This document shows positions 35,544-50,837 of a DNA stretch of 64,000 nt, piece by piece. Origin of the DNA: Rebecca billardiae RCC1528 (Eukaryota > Protista > Haptophyta); contig OZ251231.1 in assembly GCA_965240325.2 (NCBI GenBank), positions 2,108,001-2,172,000 of the forward strand, in the 5' to 3' direction. A model generated the notes under the pieces. It worked only from the letters and a program-made list of their open reading frames with translations, ran no database searches and was not told the DNA's origin. A program made the translations under genes and the position numbers. The first letter of the stretch is position 1. Every line of letters begins with the position of its first letter.

Positions 35544-38500
35544 CTAGGCTGATGACGTCGTCGTCGGCGAGGAGGGCGCTGTGAGCGTCAGCAGCGTCGC
35601 AGGCGACGAGCAGGTCAAGGTGGCGGGCGAGGAGCATGCCGCGCAGTGGCTCATCACCGCCCTCGGCAGTGCACGGCTGGCCGCCGGCATCGGCGGCGAC
35701 CCACCGCCCGATGCATGCGAGCAGCGGCCCCGCCGAAGCGACGCCCCTCGCGCCGCCAGCCTCCGCTGCTGCGCGGGCCCGGCGCCGGCGCGCCGCAGCA
35801 GCAGCGGCCGGCACAGCTCGAGCGCGCGCAGCTCGGCGGCGCTCAGCTCGGCCGGGAGCGGCACGGGGAGGGGCGACGCGCCGGCTCCGAGCCGCGCCGG
35901 CGAGGCGAGGCGCTCGGGCGGAGGCACGGACGCGGCCGAGCTGCCGTCCGAGCGCGCGTGCGCGCGTGCCGGCGCGCCGAGAGCGCGCGCGTGCAGCGCC
36001 GACGCAGCGCGCCGCGCGGCGCGCGTGGCCGCGAGCTCATCGGCGCGCGCCGAGCCGCGCGCGCGCGCAGCGGCGGGGGCGGCCGCGACGGCTGAGGAGG
36101 GCGTGGCGAGCGGACCGCCCGCGCGGCCGCCATCACCGCCGCTCGGTGTGAGCCCGCCGTCGCTGACCGCGGCCGCCTCAGCCCGCCGCGCCGCGGGCGA
36201 GCCGGCTGGCGCGGTCGCCGCGCGCGTCGGATCTGCCAGCCGGGAGCGGGGGCGCGCGCGCGCGACGGCGGCCGCGGCCGCGCCGTCCGCGGCCGCGCCG
36301 CCCGCGGGTGCAGCCGGATGGCGCGCCGCGCCGCGCGCGCCAGCCGGGCGCGCGCGCGTGGCCGGCGTGGGCTGACGCCGCGCCGCGGGCGGGGTGCGCG
36401 TGTGCGCCGTGGAATGCGCGCCGCGCCCCTCAGCCCACGCGCGCTCCACGGCCGCCAGCGCCGCGCGCGCGGACGGCGGCGGCGTGGGCGTGGGTGCGTG
36501 CGTGGGTGCGGGCGCGGCGTGCGTGGGCGCGGGCGCGGGCGCGAGCGCCGTGGGGCCGCCTTCCGTGTCGGCAGCGTCGGCGGCGGGTGGGGCCTCGCCC
36601 GCCGCGCCGCCGCCGGGCGCACGGCCCGCGCCCGCGCGCGGCGCTGGCGCGGCATCGCGTGCGGACGCCTCCGCCTCCGCCTCCGCCTCCGCCTCCGCCT
36701 CCGCCTCCGCCGCCGCCTCCGCCTCCGCCGCCGCCTCCGCCTCCGCCTCCGCCTCCGCCGCCGCCTCCGCCGCCGCCTCCGCCGCGGGCGCGGGCGCGGG
36801 GGCGGCCTCGACGGCCGTGGCGGCGTGCTCGGCCGCACGCGCGTCGAGTGGGCCCATGCCCGTCGGCGTAGGCGTGCGCGGCGTGCGCGCCGAGTCCTCT
36901 GCCGCCGAGCGCGCCGAGCCGCCGAGCGCGGCGGCGAGCGCGCGCGCGCCCGCGCCCGCGGCGCGCGCGCCGCCGGCCGCGCGCGCCGCAGCCCACTGGC
37001 GCTGCCGCTGCCGCTGCCGCGCGCGCTCGGCGCGGGCGCGGCCGGCCCACTCGGCGAGCGCGGCTCGCAGCGCGGCCGTGTCCGCGCGGAGCACGCCCGC
37101 GATGCTCTTCGCGCCGAGCGCGCCCGCCTCCTGCGCGAGCGCCCGCCAGACGCACTCCGCCAGCGCGCCGCCGTAGCCCGCCGTCCATAGCGCGCGCCGC
37201 CAGCCGCGCGGCGCGGCGCGCGCGCTCGCGAGCGCCCAGCGCGCGAGGGCGCGGAGGGCGGGGACGCAGCCGAGCGGGGGCGGCGCGCGGCGCGGCGCGT
37301 GCCAGCTGCGCGCAAGCACGCCGCGCGCCGCGCCGCGCGCCGACGTCGTGCCCGGCCGCCGGCGCGGCGCGCGCGCGCGCCACCGCGCGAGCGCGCGCGC
37401 GCGCGGCGCCGGCGGCGCGGCCGGCGGCGCGGCGCGCAGCGCGGCGCGGCGCGCGCACGCCGCGCACGCGGCGCGTAGGCGGCGCGCCGCGCGCGCGAGG
37501 GCGCGCGCGTCGGCGGCGCGGAGCCGGGCCCGTCTCGCGGCGCGCGCCTCCGCGCGCGAACGCCACCGCGCCACCGCCCGCCGCGCGAACGCCGCGCGCG
37601 CCGCGGCCGCGCGCGCCGCGGCCGCGCGCCGCGCGCGCGCCGCGCGCCGCCACGCGCGCGCGCCGCGGCCGCGCGCCGTGCGGCGCGCGGCCGCGACGGC
37701 GGCGACGGTGGCGGCCCACGCGCGCAGCGCGCGCGCGCGCTGCACGCGCAGCGCGCTCGCGGCGCGCGCCGACGCGACGCGCGCGCGCACGCTCGCCCGC
37801 TCCGCGCGCGCGCGCCAGCGCCCGAGCGCCGCGCGCGCGCGCTGGCGCCGCGCGGCCGCGCGGCCGCGCCGCGCGGCCGCGGCCGCGCGCGCCGCCGCCC
37901 ACGCGCGCGCGCACGCGCGCGCGTGCGCGCGCAGCCGCGCGTGCGCGTCGCGCGCGGCCGCGGCGGCGCGGCGCGCCGCGCGCAGCCGCGTGCACAGCCG
38001 CACGCGCGCGAAGCCCGCGCGCAGCTCGCGCGCCGCGCGCGACGCGGCCGCCACGCGCGCGCCGAGCGCGGCGGCGCGCGCCGCGGCCGCGGCCGCGGCC
38101 GCGCGCCGCGCGGCCGCGCGCGCCGCCGCCGCCCACGCGCGCACGCCGCGCGCGGCGCGCGAGGCGGCGAGCGCGGCGGCGGCGGCGGCGAGCGCCGCCG
38201 AGCGCGCGGCCGCGCCGCGCCACGCGCGCACGCGCGCGCGCGCCAGCCGCCGCCCCGCGCGGCGCGCGAGCGCGGCCGCGGCCGCGGCGCGCGCGCGCGC
38301 GCCGCCGAGCGCGCGCGCGCCGCGCGCCAGCCGCCGCGCGCGCGCGCGCGCCGCCACGCGCGCGGCCACGGCGGCGATCTCGACGCGCGCGTGGAGGCGG
38401 CGGAGCGCGCGCGCGCGCAGCGCCGCCTCGGCGCTCGGCGCGCGAGACACGCCGGCCGGACGCCGCGGCGCCGGGCCGGCGCCGCCGGCCGCGCGCGCGC

Positions 38501-38901
38501 TCGGCGGCGCGCGCCGCGCCGTCGGCGCGCGCGGCGGCCGCGCGGCGGCGCGGCGCGGCGCGCGCGCGCGGCGGTGCCAGTGCGCGAGCGCGGCGACCAT
38601 GCGCTCTCGCGCGAGCGCCGCCGTCGCCGCGAGCGCGCGCAGCTCCGCCGAGAACGCCGCGCGGGCGGCGGCGCGCCACGCACGCAGCGCGGAGCGCGCG
38701 GCGCGCGCGCTGCCGAGCGCGCGCGCCGCGCCCGCCACCGCCGAGCCCGCGCGCGCGCCGCGCGCGTGGCGGCGCAGCGCGCGCAGCGCGCGGCTGCGGC
38801 GCGCGCGGCGCGCATGCGCGGCGTGCGCGCCCGCCACGCGCAGCGCATCGAACGCGTCGCGTGCGCCGCTGCGCGCGCCGTCGGCCGCGGCCGCCGCGCC
38901 G

Positions 38902-38933
<32 letters not shown>

Positions 38934-39119
38934 GGGCGGCGACGGCTGCGGCGCCGCCGGGCGCGCGGCGGGCGGCGGCGCGCGCTGCGGCCGCCTCGGC
39001 GGCGGCCAGCGGCGTGGGGAGCCGCCGGAGCCGGCGGCGGGCAGCGCCGCGCCGGCTCTCCGCGCGTCGGCCGCGCCGCCCGCCGCGTGCGGCCCAGCCT
39101 CGGCGGCATGCCGCTGGCT

Positions 39120-39151
<32 letters not shown>

Positions 39152-41843
39152 CGCCGCCGCCGCCGCCGCCGCCGCCGGCCGCGCCGCCGCTGAGGCCCGG
39201 CGTGCGCGGGCGCGCGGGCGAGTGCGACACGCCCCTGCGCTCCACCGACGCCGTCGCGCGGCTCGCCGCCGCTCGCCAGCGCATCACCGCCCACCCTTGA
39301 GCCGGCGACAGCGTCGGCGCGAATGCAGCGGCGGTGCCGGCGGCGGCGGCGGCGGCGGCGGTCGGCGGCGGCGGCGGCGCGGTGGCGGTGGCGGCTGAGG
39401 CGGCGACGGGCGGCGCGGATGTGGGCGCGAACGGCTCGGTGTCGACGCGGCGCGGCGGCGTGCTCAGCGCCAAGGGCGGCGGCGACGCGCCGCACGCCCC
39501 AGCGCCGCACGCCGCCGCGCCGCGCGCCGCGCCGCCGTGCGCCGACGCCGCGCCGCCCGCGCGCCGCGCGCTCACGGCATCGGCGATGCGGCGGCCGATG
39601 GAGGCGGCGCGGCGGTGCGTGGGCGGCGGCGGAGCGGTGGGCGGTGGCGGCGGGCGCGGGCTGTGCGACCTCACCCGCGCGCCCAGCGCGGGGCGCGCCT
39701 CCTCGGCCGGCGCGGGCGGGTCGGGGGCGGCGGCGCCAACGCCCGGCGCCGCGGGCGGGCGGCGCGGCGCGGCCGCGGCCTCGGCCGCGCCCGCAGCGGT
39801 GGCGGCGGCGGCTGCGGCTGCGGCGGCGGCGGCTGCGGCGCTGCTCGGGGCGGTGGCGAACGCGTCGGGAGCGCCACCGCCGCCATCGGCCACGCGCGCG
39901 CCCGAGCGCGCCTCGAGCAGCGCGGCCCGAACCTCGCCGCCGCGCGCCGCCGCCGCGCCGCCGCCCGCCGCGGCCGCGCCGGCCGCGGCCGCAGCGTGCG
40001 CCCACGCGCGCGCCGCGCCCGCGCCGCGCGCCTCGATGCGCCGCGCGGCGGCGCGCACGCGCGCCGCGCCCGGCGGCGCGCGGCGCGCGGCCCACGCGCG
40101 CACGGCGCGCGCGCACGCGCGCGCGCGCGCGTACGCGTCCAGCGCGCGCGCCGCGCGCCGCGCGTGCCGCGCGCGCGCGGCGCGCGCGCCGAGCGCGCGC
40201 AGCGCGGCGCGGCCGCGCGCGCCGCGCGCGGCCGCGGCCGCGCCGCGCCGCCACGCCAGCGCGGCGTGCAGCGCGCGCAGCGCGGCACGCGTCGCGCGTC
40301 GCGCGCGCGCGCGCGACGCGTCCGCGCGGTACGCCGCCACTCGCGCGCCGAGCTCGGCGGCCGCGTCCGCGCGCGCCGCCAGCGCGCCGAGCGCGCGCGC
40401 CAGCCGCAGCAGCCGCGCCAGCCGCGCCGACGGCGCGCGCGCGCGCCACGCGGCCGTGCGGCGCGCGCGCGAGAGGGCGGCGGCGAGGCGCGCGGCGCGC
40501 AGCCGCGAGGCGGCGGCGGCGAGGGCGCGGCGGCGCGCGCCCAGCCGCGACCACCGCCCGAGCGCGCCGCGCAGCCGCGCCGCGCGCGCCGCCGCGCGGC
40601 CGAGGCGGCGCGCGGCGCGCGCGTCCGACGCCGCGGCCGCGCGCGCGCGCCACGCGCGCGCGGCCGCGCGCACGCGCCGCCGCAGCAGCGCCGCGGCCGC
40701 GGCGTCGGACGCGTCGGCGCGGCGTCGGCGCGCGGCCCACGCGCCGAGCGCGCGCCTCGCCGCGCGCGCCGCGCCGTGCGCCACCGCCACCTCGCGCGTC
40801 TCGCGCCGCTCCGCCGCGCGCAGCGCGGCGCGCGCGCAGCCGCGCAGCGCGCGCCGCAGCCTGCGCGCGCGGCGGCGCGCGCGCGCCTCGGCCGCCGCCG
40901 CGCGGAGGCGCCAGTCGCGGGCGGCGCGCGCGGCCCACGCGGCGAAGGCGCGCGCGCTGCGCGTGAGCGCTGCCGCCGAGCCCCCGCCGCCCGGCCCGTC
41001 CCAGCCCTCCGCCAGCGGCGACGGCGGCGGCGTGAGCGACGGCGGCGGCAGCGGCGCCGCGCCGCGCGCGCCGCCGCCGCCCGGCGCGGCGGCGCGGTCG
41101 GGCGAGCGCGCGCCGGCGCGCACGGCGGCGGCGCGCGCGCGCGCGAGGAGGAGCTCGGGCCGCGTGCGCGGCGTGAGGTCCAGCTCGCGCGCGCACGCGC
41201 CCGCCCACGCGCCCAGCGCGCGGCGCAGCGCCTTCGCCCTCGCCACGGCGCTGAAGGCGCGCGCGTGCCTCGCCGCCCAGCTCGCACGGCCGACTGCCGG
41301 CAGCGCGCAGAGCCAGTCGTCGATGGCGGCGAGGAGGCGGTACCGCGTCATGTGCGCGAGGGCGGAGGCGCGCTGCCCGCGCCGCGCCGCCGCGCCCGCG
41401 CAGCGCACGCCCCATCGCCACAGCGCGAGCAGCGGCGCGCGGCGCGCGCGCCAGCGCGCGGCCGCCGCGCCCGCCGAGCGGCGCCGCCACGCGCGCAGCA
41501 GCGCGCGCGGCGTGCGCGCGAAGGCGCCGAAGATGGTGCGCTCGTGCGTGCGCAGCGCGGGCGTGCGCTCGCCCGCCGGCGCCGCCGCCGCGTCGATCAG
41601 CGCGCCGCGCGCGCCCCAGCGCGCGCGCGCGCCGGCCGCATGCGCGCCGCTCGAGTGCCGCCACGCGCGCCACGAGGTGCGGAGGAGGTCGGCGCGGCGG
41701 AGCTCGTCGAGGAGCGCCTCGCCCGCGAGCTCGGCGGCGAGGCGCGCGCGCTCGCGCAGCGCCGTCGCCCACGTGCGCAGCGCCCGCCGCGCGCGCGCGG
41801 CGGCGACCACGCCGAGCGTGGTGGGCGGCGTGACGCCCAGCAT
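35544..41843 (-). CDS. Very large Ala/Arg-rich helical protein with recurring Trp motifs; Sfi1-like (centrin-binding) candidate
   Basis: ORF of about 2100 aa with many (L/A)xx(A/L)(L/F)xxW motifs, e.g. RRALRTWA, LLRTSWRAWR, RLLAAIDDWL, ALRRALGAWA, RGALGRWS, RSALRAWR. These resemble the Sfi1 consensus Ax7LLx3(F/L)x2W. Hidden introns cannot be excluded. Confidence 0.6.
36667..36783. repeat. (GCCTCC)n tract encoding AEAEAE in the Sfi1-like ORF
   Basis: Hexamer run interspersed with gcc triplets. Confidence 0.9.
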
Positions 41844-42046
41844 CAACTCAAACTACAGCCGCCATCCCCGTCCGGCCGGCCGAGTCCGGTGCGGACTGCC
41901 CGATGGGGTCCGGTGCGCTCAATCATCACTGTCTTCATCAGTCTCAGACATCCCGGCGCCGCGCTCTCAGCTCTGAGCGGGTCTCCACTGAGACCTCACG
42001 GCACGGCCTGCACCGCGCCGCTCACGCCGCAGCACCGTCGCGCGGC

Positions 42047-43567
42047 TCACAGACGGCGGGGGCCGCCCCCGCCTCCGCCTCCGCCCGGGCCGCGGCCCGT
42101 GCCGCGCGCCGCGCCGTGCCGCTCGACGCCGCAGCCGCCGGGGCAGTGCGCGCCGCACAGCCGCCTGCTGCACGCGCGCGCCGCCCGGTTGCAGCAGTTG
42201 CTGTGCGCGCACTCGTCCGAGGGGAGCGGGCGGGGCGGCGCGCCGGGCGGCGGCCCCGCGCGACAGCCCGCCGCCCGCTCCGGCGTGGCCGGGGGCCGCC
42301 ACTCCGCCGCCGCCGCCTCAGCACGCAGCCGCCCCGCAACGCGCGCACCCTCCGCGCCCACTGCGGCACCGAGCTGTGCCTCGAGTTGCGCGCGCACGGC
42401 GGGCAGCGCGCGCTGCACGGCCTCGCGCGTGTGCCCGGCGCTCCCGTCGGACGCGGCGGCGCCGGCGCAGTCCGCGAACGCCGCGCCCACCAGCTCGATC
42501 GCCGCGCGCTCGCGCGCCGCCTCCGCCGGCCGCGCCTCGCCGCCGCCGCGCGCCGCCTCGGCAGCAGCATGGCCGCCGGCAGCATGGCCGCCGAGCGCGC
42601 GCAGCAGCGCGAGGCCGCGCGCGAGCGCGGCGCTCGGGGCGAGGCCGTGCGCCGTGCGCAGCGCGTCGGCCGCGGCGGCGTCGAGCGCGCCGAGCCGCTC
42701 CAGCGTGCCCCCCGCCGCGTCGCGCGCCTCCGCCGCCGCGCGCGCGCGCGCCACCACCTCCGCCGCCAGCGCCGCAAGCGGCGGCAGCGGCTCGAGCGCG
42801 CGCAGCACCGCGCGCGCGCACGCCGCCGAGCCGACGCGCGGCTCGAAGAACTGGGAGACGGGGGCGAGGGTGCGCGTGGCGTGGAGCCAGGCGCGCGCGC
42901 TCTCGGCGTCGCGGATCGGGCCGCCGAGCGCCTCGAGCTTCGCGCCGAGCGCCGCCTCGCGCGCGCCGAGCGCCGCAGCGCGCTTCTCCTGCAGCGAGGC
43001 CTCACGCGCCGCCTTTGCCTCAGCGGCCGCCGCCTGGCGCGCGGCGCGGTCGCGCGGGCTCTCGTGGGCGCGCCGCGCGTTGAGCTCGCGGCGGCGGGCC
43101 CGCGCCGCGCGCCGCTTCTCCAGCCCGTCCATCCCGCCGTGCTCCGCCACCATCCGCGGCACCAGCGCCGCGCTGTACAGGTGGTAGCAGCCATAGTCGG
43201 AGCTCATGCGCTCGTGGGTAGAATGTGGGTACTTGCGCAGCTCGGCGGGGCTGAGCACGAGGAGCTCCGCGAGCTCGGACTGGATGAGCCGCCGCCCGAC
43301 CTTGTCCGCCGGGAGCACGCCGAGCACCGGGTCGCGCACGCGGCGCACGAGCTCGCGCAGCCTGCGGCACACGAGCGAGAGCGGCAGCGGCCGCGCGCCC
43401 GCCGTGCGGTAGTGGTGGTGGACGATGAGCCGGGCGAGCTCGTCGGTGCCGAGGACGGCGCCGACGGGGGAGGCGGGCAGCGCGGTGTACACGTCGGGAA
43501 CCGCCCGACTGGCTGGCGCGCGCGCGCGCTTGGACGGCTTGCTGCTGCGGGAGGCGGCGCGCTTCAT
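42047..43567 (-). CDS. F-box-like protein with an XPA-C-like central module and a C-terminal Cys/His finger
   Basis: VLGTDELARLIV...LSLVCRRLRELV (F-box-like). YHLYSAALVPRMVAEHGGMDGLEKRR. CAHSNCCNRAARACSRRLCGAHCPGGC. Confidence 0.65.
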   Translation of the reverse strand: MKRAASRSSKPSKRARAPASRAVPDVYTALPASPVGAVLGTDELARLIVHHHYRTAGARPLPLSLVCRRLRELVRRVRDPVLGVLPADKVGRRLIQSELAELLVLSPAELRKYPHSTHERMSSDYGCYHLYSAALVPRMVAEHGGMDGLEKRRAARARRRELNARRAHESPRDRAARQAAAAEAKAAREASLQEKRAAALGAREAALGAKLEALGGPIRDAESARAWLHATRTLAPVSQFFEPRVGSAACARAVLRALEPLPPLAALAAEVVARARAAAEARDAAGGTLERLGALDAAAADALRTAHGLAPSAALARGLALLRALGGHAAGGHAAAEAARGGGEARPAEAARERAAIELVGAAFADCAGAAASDGSAGHTREAVQRALPAVRAQLEAQLGAAVGAEGARVAGRLRAEAAAAEWRPPATPERAAGCRAGPPPGAPPRPLPSDECAHSNCCNRAARACSRRLCGAHCPGGCGVERHGAARGTGRGPGGGGGGGGPRRL

Positions 43568-43760
43568 CGGGGGCGTCGGGGCGAGCCTCTTCACGGCGGA
43601 AAGCTCAAAAGCACGGCAAGTCGGCAACTCGCGAACCGATTTGGCGGGGCGAATTGGCTGTTACAACTTCGTCCGAGACGACCCGAGTGGCTGTTACGAC
43701 TTCCGAGTGGCGTGCGTTCATACTATGGCCATGATTGTGTCATGTGAGCGGAGCTGTCTG

Positions 43761-46883
<3,123 letters not shown>

Positions 46884-47409
46884 ATCTGCTGAGCGCGCGC
46901 GAGCTCGCTCGGCGGCTGCCAAGCCGTGAAGCACCTCCAAGACCGTGCGCGAGCACTCGCCGCCGCTGTGCGGGGGCGATGCTCCGCGCGTTGCTGCCTT
47001 GTCGGCAGTACTTCCAACCGGTGTATATCTACACCCTTTCGCTTGTTCTCTCTCGACGCGCCGCGGGTGTGGTGCGTGAGACCCCCGTGTTGAATGACGC
47101 GTGCGCTGCGCCCCCGCCTGTGCCCGAACCGCGCGGCCCGCGATGTGCCCAGCTGACTAGTGACTGCCTCAAGGCAGCCGGCCTGCAGCAGGAGAAGATT
47201 TGCTCCGGCGCAGGTAGCATACGGTACGTTCCCTTCGCGCCCGCGTACGTCGACGTTGCACATGACAGATGAGACATCGGCTGGGCCTGGTGGCGATCGG
47301 AGTCATCTAACTGAACATGAAATGTGATGTATCAGTATGTATGTACTACTCGGTATCATCGTCAGGAGCAGACTTTATACGGCGTTGGAACTTCGGAACC
47401 CGGTTTAAT

Positions 47410-49347
47410 TAGCCTGGTCCATCTCGATTTTCGCCAGTGAAAAAGCCTTTTTCGGATTTTGGGCGCCTCATTTCTCCCGATTTTTCTCGTTGCTCGTCGC
47501 GCTCGTCAAAAATCGCCACCGGCCGTCCGACGGCTCGCCGCGACGAAGGTCGGAAGGGGCTCGAGAGCCTCGACTGGACGACTGCGCCGCCTCATGTCAG
47601 GTGTAGTGCTGGACACATCGTTCGGGTGCCCCGGTGGTGTGCGTGCACACCTTGAGCGACATGTCTGCGTTGCTTCCGCCGCCCGCGGTCCGTCGCCAGG
47701 TCGACTTCTTGCCCGACGGCGTGCGTCGAACGCTCACCTGCTGGGTTGCGCCGCGCCTTCGAGACGGGCCACCTCGGGTAATATGCGGGCCACGCGACGG
47801 CTCGTGTCGGCCACCGCCTACCCCTAGCATGTATTCGATGCCACCACCAGCGTTGGGCGCGCTGCGCATCGCCAACGCTTCATCCGGCCAGTCCCGTCAC
47901 GTTCGCGCATGGGTCGTCCTGAGCGGCGGCTGTCGATTTGTGCTCCTCGTGGAGCTGTATGACGGGCTGGTGGCGAGCAGGATGGCTCGCCTTGCGGGGC
48001 TGGGTGTGTACAGTCGCAGTGTGGTGGCTGCCGGCTGACTCCCATCGCATGGGTGCTGCTTTACCGTCATGGCCTTTGCTGCGAGCACAAGGTCGAGGAT
48101 CGTACCGCGGTCTGCGAGGCAGAGTCGACGGAGTCGTCGCTTGAAGATGGTTGAGAGCGCGCATACGTCTTCCTTGGTGCCGTGCAGCTACTCCAGCACG
48201 CAAGGCTTGCGCTCTGGCGCCTGTTTGGTGTCCATGGGTGGCACATTGTGCCATTCGGGTGGCTCGGAAGCACGTGCTCGGGTGTCTTTCCCGTTTACGC
48301 GCGGTGGGCCATGTCACCACGCACGGCCAGAGCATGTCATGGCACGCGGAGGGTGCCCATGAACGATCCCCACCCCGGTGGTGGCCGTAGGCGCACTCAA
48401 AGCGGTCGCATCGTCACCCGCGGATCACATCAGTCCGCCGTTGAGGCTGTCGGGCGAGCAAAGACGTGCGATCTGACCCTTGGACGGGCAGCTAGAATCG
48501 CGATTATGCCTCATCTAAGGACGCACATGTCGTCGTTGTAGGCAGTACTGATGCCCCAAGTGAAAGGGCGGGCGTGGCACGCGACTTGACAGCTTGAATG
48601 ACTCGATGCACGCCGCCATGGACACGCGAACCGGATCCGTTGCGAACCTGCCGTGTGGCTCACGGCGGCGCGCGTTGTGCCGCATATCGGCCAGTCGCCA
48701 CGCAGGAGATGGTCTCCAGACCAGGTCCAGCACCTGACCGACTGCCGCACGCCTGGCCGGGTGGGAGTCCGGCCCTCTTCTTGTCTGCAGGAGTGCGCGG
48801 AAGGCCAGGCGGAGCCTCTTCCGACCAATGCACCCCGCGCGCCGCACTAATCGTGCAGCCTGGGACAGCTACCCACCTATGGCGAATATGTAACGACATA
48901 GTGGCATTGTAATTATACAGGTCCAGACCGCATATTTATGCGGGTACACTGCCCATATTATGCGGGTACAAATGGGTAATATTGTCGATCTTGCAGTAGT
49001 TGAGTACGGCCACTTGCGCACAGACCACAGCCCATCCGAATGGCCTGTACCAAGGTTCATGCTCGCCTCGACGTACGCCAATAAGTAAGTTCGTGCGTTT
49101 GGGCTCATTTCGGTTAAGTACTTACCCACATTCAGACTGACGATTCTCTATGTGTCCGTAGTTGTCCGCGGCGCGCGCGCGCACGCTCACGACGGGCCGC
49201 GGATGCGATTTTTAGGCCGAACTTTTTGCTCCGCCCGGGCTGGGCCCATTTGTTACGCTGTTTCCGGGTGTGAGCGCGTGCCTAGGGGCCCGCATTCATT
49301 TGGCGATAAAATCCCCGAAAGTGCTCCAGTGCGTTTGGACCAGGCTA
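47410..49347. mobile_element. Non-autonomous TIR DNA transposon (1938 bp), hAT-like ends
   Basis: 12-bp perfect TIR tagcctggtcca/tggaccaggcta. 7-bp TSD gtttaat at 47403-47409 and 49348-49354. Subterminal gatttt(a)tcgcca-like motif at both ends. No intact transposase ORF. Confidence 0.85.
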
Positions 49348-50357
49348 GTTTAATTTGGCGCCCACGCGTGACGCGCCCACTGACTCACGCGGGCACGCGG
49401 CGTGAGGCGGAGCGGACGATGACGACGACGGGGGGCGGCCACGGGCGCGGCGTTGCGTACTCAGTGACTCACAGCTCACTAACACGGCCCACGCCCACGC
49501 CCCACGGGGCCCGCCGCGGGCGGCGGCCGCGGCGGGAACTGCTGCTACTCTGTCGATCTGTACTTGAAGTAGAACTCAGGAAGCGCGCCGGAATCGGCGT
49601 GGCCGAGAGTTATCCGAGTTAAAACTTTAAAAATGCCAAATCGGCAAATGGCCATGGGAGTGATGCCTGATGAGTGATGGGGCAATGGCACGGTCCGGGT
49701 CCCGCCGGGTGACGCCTCTACTCGCCAGCTGCGGCTGACGCGCACCGGCCACTGCGCCTCCGGCCTCGCACGGCCTCAGGCTCATCTCATGATCACTAGA
49801 CTCTCACTCACAGACGTCGATCTCACTAGTTAGTCACTAAGTCAGCGGCAGTCGGCCCTCGCCGCTCGCGTGGCGTCGGGCTTCGTTCGGGGCGTCGCCT
49901 GGCGGGCGGCTGACACTGGCTGCCGAGCTTGCGCCTCACTCCTCATGCTCAGCCCCTTCCAGCCCGTTAGCGATGAGCGGCCCGCTGACGCCTGGCGTCA
50001 TGCGTCGTCTCCGTAGTGGCGGTAGCGGGGCCCCCATCACTGGGCACAGGAGCGGACCGCACGATAGGCCGATGGTCGGATGGTGAAGCGTCGCCGTGTG
50101 CCGACGCCCGACTGGCAACTCGGCGCGGCGACGCGGCCTGGCCTCCGGCTCCGCGGCTGAAGCTGCCCACGCGCTGGACGCCGAGCCATAGAATCATCAT
50201 CATAGACTCATCACAGCGAGCGAGCGGGCGAGAGAGAGAGAGAGCGAGCGAGCGAGATAGAGTCGAGAGATAGGAGGGCCGAGCCAAGAACTCACGCGAG
50301 AAGCACTTGTCTCGCCATTGGCCGGGCCAACGCCCGATCGGAAGCAACGTCCGGCGA

Positions 50358-50837
50358 TCAACACGCGGTTGCCATCCACCACGTCGTCCCGCCCGGGTCT
50401 TTCACTCCAGCACGCGTATCTGTGTCCCCCCCCGCGTTCTTGGCAGCGGGCTCCTGGACTGACGTGCTACCCGCGACAGCGAGTGCTCGCTTGTACGCCG
50501 CTCGCACGTCCGGCACATAAACGTGCACATGTGCGGTGGAGGGCGGCGCCCCGTCAGCTGGCTCGCCAATCATGATGACGCTGTCGGCGATTCGCAACTC
50601 GGCGTGGAAGATCCGTCCATCTGGCGACGCAAACTTGCGAATCTCTGTCGCATTGAGCACAGACACCATCCAGGCAATCGTGGAAGAAGCGCGATGGACG
50701 ACGAGGTAGGGTGAGAGTACGGGGTAGCCAGCTGGGCAGTACAGCCGACCGCGAGTGCTCCGAGCCATTCGAAGTCCGACGAGAGCGCTCAGTACAGCGA
50801 TGGCGCTCGCGACGCCGCAAGCAGTGAACGCGTTCAT
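50358..50837 (-). CDS. VOC/glyoxalase (PhnB-like) protein with an N-terminal hydrophobic extension
   Basis: PAGYPVLSPYLVV, PDGRIFHAELRIADSVIMI, HVYVPDVRAAYKRAL and RAGVKDPGGTTWWMAT. Confidence 0.88.
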   Translation of the reverse strand: MNAFTACGVASAIAVLSALVGLRMARSTRGRLYCPAGYPVLSPYLVVHRASSTIAWMVSVLNATEIRKFASPDGRIFHAELRIADSVIMIGEPADGAPPSTAHVHVYVPDVRAAYKRALAVAGSTSVQEPAAKNAGGDTDTRAGVKDPGGTTWWMATAC

